Shown here: one piece after another, positions 10,501-19,674 of the stretch
Position numbering within the stretch: the first letter of the stretch is position 1
Layout: each line of letters begins with the position of its first letter
Notes under the pieces: generated by a model
Told to the model about the DNA's origin: nothing
Seen by the model: only the letters and a program-made list of their open reading frames with translations
Databases searched by the model: none
Assembly (NCBI GenBank): GCA_904063045.1
Contig: CAJFCJ010000186.1
Span: 1 to 35,991 of the forward strand
Length of the DNA: 35,991 nucleotides
Direction of reading: 5' to 3'
DNA from: Dimorphilus gyrociliatus
Taxonomy: Eukaryota > Animalia > Annelida
Made by a program: the position numbers and the translations under genes

Positions 10501-13500
10501 GCTGTACGTATCCTTCGATATCGTTCTTCATACTTTCCCATAGTTCATCACTAGCATTTCTTATAGCAGTTAAATTCCAACTTGAGTTTCTCTATAGAAC
10601 ACGAAATATATCTATCATAACAATGCTAAATATATAAAAGGAATTGATAAAATTCCTACTTGAAGACTGTCATTGAGACCTGTAGCTCCGATGAAAAACA
10701 ACCTAGCAGTGCCCTCTTCCTCACTTGTATCTCCTGATAATATTTCCCGAGTATTAGTAGTTGATGATGTACTGATCAAGAGTTGATTTGTTGAAGAGTT
10801 TCCGGTTGTAGAGACTGCTGTTTGAGATCTAGTTGGGTCAAGGCAAGGCTCTGTAACTGTTCTATTACATATAGAGCAGTTTGCTTCGTCCTCTCCTAAT
10901 GGGCAATCTATTTGACCATTGCAGAATAGACTTTTTGTCTTGCAAAGGGGCAAAGATGAGCAATAATACTTGGATTTACAAGCAACTGCAGATAGAAGAG
11001 AGGGAAAAGTTAATTTTTAGTTTAAACGATTAAATAAATACTTTGCGGTAGAGGACATTCTCCTACTGTAATATTATATCCATATATACTTAATCTTCTA
11101 TTTGTATACGTCCCACTTGCGACAAAAGCTATTTGACCATATCCAATTGGCAATTGAACAGCTGTCCATTGTTTATTTCTAACATGGATACCTTTGATCG
11201 TCCATATTCTTTGTTCTACTTGATTTTCTCCTTTCCAGTAAACTGATAGTGTAGATGTTTCTTTTTGTTCAGTAAATAGAAATGTAAACCTTTAGGTTGG
11301 AATCATTTTCAGTTCATTTTTATTATTAGTTTGTCATTGTTTGTAAATTAATATTCTTACCAAAATTCCAGACAACTTTCAGTCGTAATATTGAATTTAG
11401 GTGAAAATAATTTGACTGCTTCTTTAATTAAAGTTGTTGGATTTGGTACAAAGAGAGAAGCGTAGTAAACATCAACAAAAAAGTCTTTTCTTAAGATAAA
11501 AATTCCATAACTATTGGCAAAATCTTGAGAAAATCCACAAAATTTGTGTGATTGAATTAAGCATGATTTTGAAAATTCAGTTTTCCAGTGTTTTTCTATT
11601 TTTAACAAAAAAAAAACAAACAATCAAATTCATAAAGAAAATATTAAGAAAGGAACAAAAGATCTATAGATACGCATTGTACTGCAATTCTCTTTTTGCA
11701 GCTTTATCTCTTTTAACAACGTCCTATATTCATGCTGACTTGAAGATGATGTATTAAAATATATCTCAAACATTAAAACACTCTTTTGAGGATAGACTGG
11801 TACGATTATTCTATTCCATTTTTCAACCCGTAAAAACTTGAAGAGGTAGCTTGTAGATTTAAAAAATAGGTTGTAGCTAAACAGACAAAAGGAAACCAGA
11901 CTTACTTGTATAACACTTTATGGGAATCTGAAAATTGTTGAATTATTCTGAATCTATCGTTTATTGAGAAAGAAAATGTTGAATAGAGATCAAGCTCTAG
12001 GCATCCTTCTCTCTCCAAGTTTACTTCCGGTGATATTAAATTGGTTGAAAATCCTTTATTTAGAACTCCTTTCATTTCAACTATAGATTGTCGTTCTAGT
12101 TTTTTGTTTGTTTGTTTTTTTTAGAGAAAAATTCAACACATTCTTATCCCTAAAGTAGAAAAATCCATCACTTACCCCTTTCACCTCGCAGTAGAACTTG
12201 ATCCCTTTTCCATAAGCCATCCTTAGGACCACTGATTGTATAACCACACATTATCAGTGAATTGACATGAAACGTTACGTTCTGTTTGTAGCATCGTAGA
12301 CATTTATTTGGTGTTTTTTTTATACTAATCTACAAACTTGGTAAACATTCTACAGCTGTTTCGTCACTCCTATCTATACAATCTTCAATTCCATCACAAA
12401 TTTGGGTTTTATTTATGATTTCGCCAGTCTTACATAGATATTGCCAAGAATTGATTTTAATATCGCTCATAGATGTGGCATTTTTCAATATATCTTCGCA
12501 CTTTCGCCCATTATCAAAAGTAATATCATCAATAGCAATGTCTGATAGATGATTTTTTCCAATATAAGCAGTAAATAGAAATGAGAATGGTTGATTTATT
12601 GGATGTATAGTTAACCATGCCAATTGCCATTCTGCCTTTTGTCTACCAACAATTCTATACAGATGCTCAACATGAATTTCATTGAAAAATATACTAACAG
12701 TTAGATTTCCCATATCAAGTAAATTGTCAGTGAAACTATGCATATAGTAATAGAATCTTAGGCAGCTAGTTGTTTGTGATTTTGAAAAGAAGGGTGATAA
12801 AAGCTGTGCTGTTTGGCCAATCATTTGTCTAGCATTGTAAGAGTTTGTCAGCATGTAGTATCCAAAAAGTGATTTTTTTGTATGATCTCTACTAAGACTT
12901 CCAAATCCTAATAAAGTTGACCTGGTTGCACCTTTATATCTTTCCCATTTTATGGTTTTCTGCAAAGAGTCTCTATTCTTATAACCGGAAATGAAGCTGT
13001 CTTCAAAATCGCAATTTGCAATTACTCCTATATAGAGAGGGGAGAGAGAACAATCATGAACAATATTTCTATGAAAATGAGTGTGTACCGCAATTTTGCT
13101 CCTCGTCCGAATTATCATCGCAATCATTTTTCCTGTTGCACGTCTTATACTTTGGAATACATTTCTTATTGTTGCAGAGGAATTCATCTTTATTGCAGTC
13201 TATTAGTTTACGGTTTGTTTATGTATATTATTTATAGTTTAAACAGAAGAAAATATATACATACCGCAAAAAGGAATATTGCAGTATTCTTTCGAACCAG
13301 TATGAGATGTAAAACACCATGGGCCTTGCAAGTCTTTTGTTGGATTTCTACAAAAGTTTTTAGCCTGGAAGGGATAGAATTTTCTTTATATCATATACAT
13401 TATTAGTCTTATGCTTATGTTAAAAAGCTACTTCTTTTAAGCTTGTGCCAGGGAATTCGTAGCGAAGAGATTGAGACTCATTTTTAATGAATGCATGCAT

Positions 13501-15492
13501 TTCACTCCATCTTAGACAAGAATTATTTCTATTTGTTTTAGAGTGAGTGACGCCCTGGAAGTCTTCACCTATGACATTGTATTTGCATTCTGCAACTAGT
13601 TTTTTTATCTTTTAGAGTCATATCAAGATAGAATAGAAATTTTATACTTACCTATAGCGGTACACAGTCCAATTTTTATATCGTCAACAGCAATATCGCC
13701 TAAACTTCCTCCAGATACGATCCCTTCAATAGCAATTTGAAAAAGTCCGGGTTCAAACGTCACTGTAGCTCTATTCCAATCTTGAGAAATTGATGTAACA
13801 GTTCGACTCCAGATAGCCTTTTCAAAATTGCTTGTATCACGGCGTTTTATTGTTAAGAGACCAGCTTGATTGCCAAACATGCTACAAAAGAAAGAAATAT
13901 ACAAGTGAAGAGAAAGAGGGAGAGAGTGGAGGGATGAAATATTAAAATAATCTCACTTGTAATAAAACTCCATACACAGCATATTTCTTGATTGTAGAAA
14001 AGGCGAAATCAATTTTGCTACACTTCCACGTTGTCTGTTTGTCGATTCAACGTATATATAATAGCCTCTACCAGTTGTATGGTCTTCAATTGGTCCGGTA
14101 TTAAATGTACCAGTTGGTCCTTTTTGATTAATCCAGTCAAAATCATTTTCATTGTCATGATAAAAGTTACAAAAGTTTTCATCATCAAAATTACAAGTTA
14201 GAGCTCGTTTTTCACCTATAGAAAACAATGACATTAAATGGATATTTCTTCATTAGTCTTATTGAGTAGTGCCAGTGTTGGAAGGCTATGTTCTCCCCAT
14301 TGTAATTTACTTGATAATTAAAATTTGATCAACTATCTATCATTAAAGTTAGAATGTTAAATTTATGAAAAATATCATTTGCACTGCGAGATTTATCAAC
14401 TTTATTAATGCATTCATCATTCATTATATCCATTTATTTATTTGTAATTGCTCTCTCTCTCTCTCTCTCCTCTCTCTTATTAACTGATTTTGTTTACTTG
14501 ATTAGGTGGGTTGGTGAATAGGTAATTTCTTACCATTACATCTATCCCTTTGGTAGTAATTTGTCAAATTACTTGCAATTAGAACAGCTCCATCTGTCTC
14601 TTTTGTCAATCTTGTTAAATAGCAAACTTGAGTCTTAAAATTATAAACAATTGAATTGCAAGTCTTGTCAGCGAAATCAAGGCACAATGATTTACAAATT
14701 TTCTCAGTGACACCATGAAAAAATTTGTAGAATATTTCAAATCCTTTGAGATATTTATGCTCGTATTTGATTAGTTTGTCAACGCATTCTATAGATAATA
14801 AAATCATTAGTTAACTTGACTTGGAAGAGAATCAATAAATCATTATTTCATGTATCTGCTTAAAAATCAATCATCAATTAGTCTTACCATACGATCGTCC
14901 ATTCTCTGGCCATTTACTGTTAGTGCTTTTAAAAACTTGTTCAACCTTGTCATACAAACCCAATTCAAAAGTTTTAGTTATTCTTGCAAAGATGGGAAAA
15001 GATAAATGATAAATTGTTTTACAAAGCTTATTTGAAAGTATAAAAAACACCTAAAAAAGTTTTCATTGCATATTGTTACAGTTGGAAATTTCAATTCATT
15101 TGAATAGATCACTTCAACATTAACACTTTTAGGATAGCTCCTAAATGTTTTTATCCTATGCCCAAGAACATAGAGAAAACAAGCTACAGCTGTCAAGGTA
15201 GTTAATGTCCAAAATATCCTTAGAAAGAGTTAAAGGAATGAAAAATTATCAATAGTTTGTAGGTTTGTATTCTGTTTATATTTTCATACCTTCTTAATGA
15301 ATTGTTTCCACCTGTAATATACTTTACACCGTGGAATGCGGTGTCTTGAGTAAATTCTACTGTTTTCTGCAAAGTCGACTTTTCTGTTTCGTTAAATGAT
15401 GTTGAAAAGAATTGTTTTGAAAAGATAAAACACAAACTTTGCACAGAAATATTGTTGCTAATATTCATTGTTGATGGAAAGACACTAGACAT
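7534..15492 (-). CDS. Giant DEG/ENaC (amiloride-sensitive/ASIC-family) channel subunit, 23 exons, ~2,010 aa, with PAN-MAM-Kringle-LDLa-MAM-LDLa-MAM-MAM-LDLa in the finger region and a ~450-aa helical insert
   Basis: Manual exons (minus): 15492-15290, 15218-15051, 14982-14888, 14788-14534, 14215-13957, 13881-13652, 13595-13432, 13364-13265, 13199-13089, 13027-12338, 12281-12176, 12095-11906, 11849-11674, 11595-11361, 11289-11042, 10985-10660, 10591-10495, 10433-10251, 10182-10001, 9747-8191, 8098-7884, 7829-7738, 7682-7534. All introns are GT-AG with matching phases, apart from one frameshift inside exon 11. Family motifs are FTQDTAFHG (HG motif), TM1 [40 protein letters not shown]...[25 protein letters not shown]...GIKIFLH...GFAAAPG, the Cys-rich thumb (CKRECET...ENCGC...CTCVEPC), [16 protein letters not shown], and TM2 [24 protein letters not shown]. 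Confidence 0.85.
9797..9984. mobile_element. MITE-like element in DEG/ENaC intron 19
   Basis: Imperfect terminal inverted repeats gggagaaaaaaacggcccact (9797-9817) and agtgagccgttttctccc (9967-9984), with internal gggttagg motifs. The element explains the longest intron of the gene (253 bp). No TSD was found. Confidence 0.55.
10870..10985 (-). other. LDLa repeat 3 of the DEG/ENaC gene, followed by a Ser/Thr-rich linker
   Basis: [35 protein letters not shown], then an S/T-rich stretch to 10660. Confidence 0.8.
11042..12281 (-). other. Two divergent MAM domains (3 and 4) of the DEG/ENaC gene
   Basis: SCQFTDN.CGY...W...NLISP...GCLELDLY...KWNR...ENC, and SC...FCGF...KLFSP...SCLEFW...W...GEC. 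These are divergent, and there is a frameshift near 12247. Confidence 0.6.
12338..13027 (-). other. MAM domain 2 plus LDLa repeat 2 of the DEG/ENaC gene
   Basis: CDFED...RDHT...AQLLSP...CLRFYYYM...W...DIAIDDITF...C, then [31 protein letters not shown]. Confidence 0.85.
13089..13199 (-). other. LDL-receptor class A repeat 1 of the DEG/ENaC gene
   Basis: [37 protein letters not shown] in a single phase 1-1 exon. Confidence 0.9.
13265..13595 (-). other. Kringle domain (2 exons, absent from the ORF track) of the DEG/ENaC gene
   Basis: [13 protein letters not shown]...CLRW...EFPGTSLKE|[33 protein letters not shown]; the CRNP and PWC kringle signatures are present. Confidence 0.9.
13652..14215 (-). 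other. MAM domain 1 (2 exons) of the DEG/ENaC gene
   Basis: [11 protein letters not shown]...FDW...[18 protein letters not shown]...AKLISP...CMEFYYNMFG...[13 protein letters not shown]. Confidence 0.9.
14449..14476. repeat. (CT)n microsatellite
   Basis: ctctctctctctctctctcctctct in a DEG/ENaC intron; a shorter tract lies at ~22909-22925. Confidence 0.85.
14534..14788 (-). other. PAN/Apple module exon of the DEG/ENaC gene
   Basis: ECVDK...[32 protein letters not shown]...TNYYQRDRC; phase 1-1 exon. Confidence 0.75.
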
Positions 15493-16025
15493 CTAGGCTA
15501 TCAACTGATGTATTTGTCATGATGACTGCTTAAAATCTCAACCTAATACTTTTGAATAAAATATACTCTTTCATCAATGAAGAATTAATCTCATAAAAAA
15601 TACATTGAAAGATTCCAACTTATATCTCTCTTACAATTACGCATTTAACCAATCAATATGTTATATTATTCCTACAAAGATCTTAGCATGAATAGAGATA
15701 CACACTAGCTATTCCATCATCTCTTTAATGAATATAAAATTAACGCCGTGTCTCAATGGCAAAAAATCTGGATGATCAATAAAAGATTGAATTTTGTCTT
15801 TCTCAATCATTTTTTCTAGCTAAATCAATCTCATGGATCTGAATCAATTACTCAAATCTTGAGTAACTTTTTTTAAAGTTCAACCTCTTTTGAATTGTCT
15901 CTATATGAGGTTTTCTAAACTTTAGGGCTTAGTCTCTTTCAGTCATACCTACTTCAGTGAAACATACTTATAGGCAGCTGTTATAAATCTTATAATGATT
16001 AACCATTGCCAATAGCAACGATGAT

Positions 16026-16978
16026 TGTACTTTGTTGTATTGTAATTGTAGGAATTTCTGGTTCGTCACAACTGTAATCGTCCTTTCCAATCATTTACCA
16101 ACTTGCCAAAGTACTGGTCCAAATAGAACCTTTAAAGTTCGTCCACAAATAGTCTAACAAAGGCAATTTCGGTAGAAATTGATTAACAAAACACCAGTAT
16201 TTCGTCCAAAGAATATGTATTGAGTAAAATGAGCTTCTAGTTCTAAACAAGCTAGTTTAAACAACTAGCTGACGGTTAGAAAACTGAACTGACTACTGTT
16301 AAATTCGTAGGGTTTATATACTTTTCCAATAGTTCACAGTTCACGGATAAAAATATTCACACAAACAAATGTAACAATTTGGATAAAGGGAAAGTTCAAA
16401 TATACTTCCATGTTTGTTACTTTTTCTTTATCTTGGAGAACTTTTGCTCCCTATTTTAGTAGGTCAGAAAGTTGCCTAAGATGTAACAATTATTAATAGA
16501 AGTTGGATTGATTCCAAAACACAAAAATAGGAAAAGGTCAACTTGATGCCGTTTTAATATACAACAAATTATTAATAATAATTATTTGTGTAAGATAATA
16601 TGTTTCTGTGTAAAGGACTGGTAGGATAAAAGTATTAAACTTAATCATTCAATATAGTATTGTGCATACAATACTGTTGAAAAGTGACAATAATCTAAAA
16701 GCTCCAAATATAAATAGAATAGTGGAAGATATAATTAATATTCATTAAATATGATGTGTATAATAATTAGGGTTAACATCTAAGTTGTAAAATACTTTTA
16801 CAACTTAGTTTAAATAGTGTATGTTGTAGTTTTAGGTATGTAAAGTACTCTATAATACTCTTTCAATATTGCTTTCCATTGATGAATGAAATGTAACAAT
16901 TTGGGTGTATTGTGTGAGTTTGTGAGCCTGGTTACGAGCTTATGTGTTTAGTACCTACAAACTGCCTAAATGTGTACA
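16026..16978 (-). mobile_element. 3' LTR (~953 bp) of the env-bearing Ty3/Gypsy element
   Basis: Begins TGTAC four nt after a polypurine tract that abuts the env stop, and ends AAAGTACA. TATA-like agtatataaaccc at ~16310-16322. Homologous to 34701-~35355 and 22415-22671. Boundaries could shift by up to 4 nt. Confidence 0.75.
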
Positions 16979-16982
16979 AACA

Positions 16983-16994
16983 TCCCACTCCTTT
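16983..16994 (-). promoter_or_regulatory. Polypurine tract (PPT)
   Basis: aaaggagtggga overlapping the env stop codon, just before the LTR; identical in the copy at ~22399-22410. Confidence 0.75.
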
Positions 16995-19674
16995 AAGACC
17001 TTGCTTCCACGAAAGGTCTTGGGCTTGAAACAATCAGTGTGTCACCATCCTTTTTGAATGTTGGATAAGTTTGTAGTGGTATTTCTTCTGGTTCAGCTGT
17101 TGGGGCTGTAGGTAACTTTTCTTTTCTAGCTAAAAGCTTAGCTAGCTTGGTGAAGTGTACTCTTTTCCAGTCTTTCTTCCAAAGAAACCAAATCAGAATC
17201 CCAATTCCAATGATTATTGTTATTGGAAGAAGTATGTTGATGAGTGTTTTGTAAGGTGTCCTGGCCCATGATGAGAATATATGTTCAGTTTTAGACAAAG
17301 CAGCATCAATGCCCAAATCATTAGCAAAGTTTATGTGCTCTTTATGTCTTGTTAAAGTGTCTTGAATGTATTCTAAAACTTGTTGAACTTGTTGTTGCTT
17401 CTTACCAACATCCTCTTTTATACCAAGCTGTATTAACTCAGTAAGTCTAGCAACCTCTAATTTTGGTTCTTCAATTTCATTGCTTATTTTCATTCTGATT
17501 GATTGTGCTGCTGCAGTCTGAAATCTGCATCCTTTCTTTGTGTAATAGATGAATGTTTTCTTTCCAGAATACATTGCTTGTTGATTGTGTTCAATGTCCA
17601 GTGGGTTTTTCTTAATTTTGAACAGGTGTTGTGTTTGGTCACAATCTCCATATCTTATATCTTCTTTTGTTATGTGGTAAGCATGATGGAGTATTGGATC
17701 AACTGAGAATAAGAGATCTTTATACTTGATGAGAAATTCTTTGGAGCATAATCCATTTTTGGTGATAATTGTTGTATCACACACTACTTGAACTGATTTT
17801 AATTCTGTACAAGTATTTAAGGTTGTTAGATCACCAAGCCATGTACTGTGCATTCCATGCTTAGATCCAAGTATTGTTGGTAGTTGAGGTGCCAATGGTG
17901 TGAGTAATGCTACCATCTTGTTTCTCATAATGAATTCTTTGCATAGAAGTTGTGATACTTGTTTGAAAACTGTTTGTAAATTTTGGAAATTTTTATCAAT
18001 GTTATTTAATAAAGCAGATGTTCGAATAGCATCTGCTATGTCTATTTTGTGAAATTTTGGCATCTGTATGCTTTCTGATACTCTTCTCCTCCATTCATGC
18101 TTCTTTGGTGTTCTTTGCAAAAGTGTAAATTTTCCATTTGCTTGATGTGTTTGAAATTGTTTATCTTTTGGACTTTGGTACCAAGTGTCCAGTCTTGGTA
18201 AGGGATTGAAACTAATTTTCTTCTTGTTGAGTTCAAAATCTTCTGCTTTTGCCATTCTAGCAGGTTCCATTTTGGTTGTTTTCAACATTTTGAGTATGTA
18301 TTTGTTGTTAATATCCCATATATCAGGTGAGATTATTTCTCTGACCATCCAGGTCCTAACCAGTGGTGTTACATGATTTTTGATCAGCATATGATAAGTC
18401 TTGTCACCACCTCTATACCAATCATTATAGGTTAGTATATTTTGTATTTCTGTATTATTTGCTTTTCTCAAAGTTGATATCTTTCCATCATAATTCTGCA
18501 ATCTTGCAACTTCTTTGTTTGAAATGATTTTATATTTGATATCTGCCATCATTCTGTTATCAGCATAATTTGAATTTGTAAGATCAGTTCTTAATAAGTC
18601 GTATTCCTTCTGGGGTACTAAAATTCTTGTTCCAGGACCACCATATCCTTTGATATATCTATCTTGATAAGGTAAATCCATTATTGCATAGTTGGGACAT
18701 GAAAAATATCCTCCAAGCTTAATGCACTCTACATTGTAGGATACTGCTTTCCATGGGGATTCATGACCAAGGAGATTTTGTCCTTTCTGAGGATTGAAAA
18801 TAATAATGGAATCCAGAGTTCTACAAAATTTATGTTTGATAGAACAGTCCTCTAAATATTCCAAGTTGGTTGTTATCTTATCCTGACTTGGGTGCCAATA
18901 AGCTTTGCCAATTTGGAGAATTGTTGTAAATTCTTCAACCACTGTTGTTCTTGGCCATTTGTAGTTTGATCCTTTGTTTTCATTGTACATTAGAAGGTTT
19001 CCTTTTTCAATGAGTTTTTGTCCATTTAAGGTCTTTTTTGACAATAACATTTTTCTGCATTGTTTGTCACTTAAGGTAAGTGTTTGTTTTTCAACTCTGT
19101 GTTTCTTTGCTCCAAAGAAGTAATGAGTGTAAAAGTTGATTCTTCTCTTTACCAAACACTTAACAGCTTGTATTGCCAAATTATCAGCTTTAATTTCATA
19201 AATATTTGCCATTATTTTGGTCATTTGTTTAGTTTTGAATGTGCAAATTGGTTCATCAGCCAGATCAAATGACTGATGTACTTGTTGCCCTTGACAGAAT
19301 TGTACTGAAGGAAGCATTCTCACAGTTATGTTTGCTTTTGTTATTGATACATTTCCCTGAACCAAGTTTAATAAGCATAGCGCTAGCAGAGTGTAAACAA
19401 TGGATCCTCTTATAGGAAGTGTTCCAACTTTCCTTTCTTGTTTCTCTACCTTGAGTGTGTTAACTCTAGTTGGTTGTTTGTTAGCCAATCTTAGTCTACT
19501 AGCATGGTAGAATTTTCTTTTGCCATTTAATATTTCCAATTCATAAAGACATTTTGTAGTATCAGTAGCAGTTACAATGTATGGTCCACTCCATTTGCTT
19601 GTATTTATCCTATTCATTCCTTGACCAATGTGTTCATTTTTTATGTGTACCCATTCACCAATTTGGTAAGTTGG
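16993..19674 (-). CDS. env: Integrase GPY/F C-terminal module continuous with an envelope glycoprotein (class III viral fusogen-like)
   Basis: The frame opens PTYQIGEWVHIK...KWSGPYIV (GPY/F). It continues through an internal signal peptide GSIVYTLLALCLLNLVQG, a Cys-rich ectodomain with AVKC...YTHYFFGAK...QCRKM...NYKWPRT, a TM segment LINILLPITIIIGIGILIWFLW, and a ~60-aa tail. Confidence 0.8.
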   Translation of the reverse strand, partial: PTYQIGEWVHIKNEHIGQGMNRINTSKWSGPYIVTATDTTKCLYELEILNGKRKFYHASRLRLANKQPTRVNTLKVEKQERKVGTLPIRGSIVYTLLALCLLNLVQGNVSITKANITVRMLPSVQFCQGQQVHQSFDLADEPICTFKTKQMTKIMANIYEIKADNLAIQAVKCLVKRRINFYTHYFFGAKKHRVEKQTLTLSDKQCRKMLLSKKTLNGQKLIEKGNLLMYNENKGSNYKWPRTTVVEEFTTILQIGKAYWHPSQDKITTNLEYLEDCSIKHKFCRTLDSIIIFNPQKGQNLLGHESPWKAVSYNVECIKLGGYFSCPNYAIMDLPYQDRYIKGYGGPGTRILVPQKEYDLLRTDLTNSNYADNRMMADIKYKIISNKEVARLQNYDGKISTLRKANNTEIQNILTYNDWYRGGDKTYHMLIKNHVTPLVRTWMVREIISPDIWDINNKYILKMLKTTKMEPARMAKAEDFELNKKKISFNPLPRLDTWYQSPKDKQFQTHQANGKFTLLQRTPKKHEWRRRVSESIQMPKFHKIDIADAIRTSALLNNIDKNFQNLQTVFKQVSQLLCKEFIMRNKMVALLTPLAPQLPTILGSKHGMHSTWLGDLTTLNTCTELKSVQVVCDTTIITKNGLCSKEFLIKYKDLLFSVDPILHHAYHITKEDIRYGDCDQTQHLFKIKKNPLDIEHNQQAMYSGKKTFIYYTKKGCRFQTAAAQSIRMKISNEIEEPKLEVARLTELIQLGIKEDVGKKQQQVQQVLEYIQDTLTRHKEHINFANDLGIDAALSKTEHIFSSWARTPYKTLINILLPITIIIGIGILIWFLWKKDWKRVHFTKLAKLLARKEKLPTAPTAEPEEIPLQTYPTFKKDGDTLIVSSPRPFVEARS

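Noticed and set aside
10615-14807. MAM, LDLa and PAN ORFs as separate genes
   Set aside because: They have no starts or signal peptides of their own, and splice phases link them to the flanking DEG/ENaC exons.
16110-16130. Shared 21-mer as a DIRS internal complementary region
   Set aside because: All copies are in the same orientation within TG...CA LTRs, and the element has a DDE integrase, PPT and PBS rather than a tyrosine recombinase.
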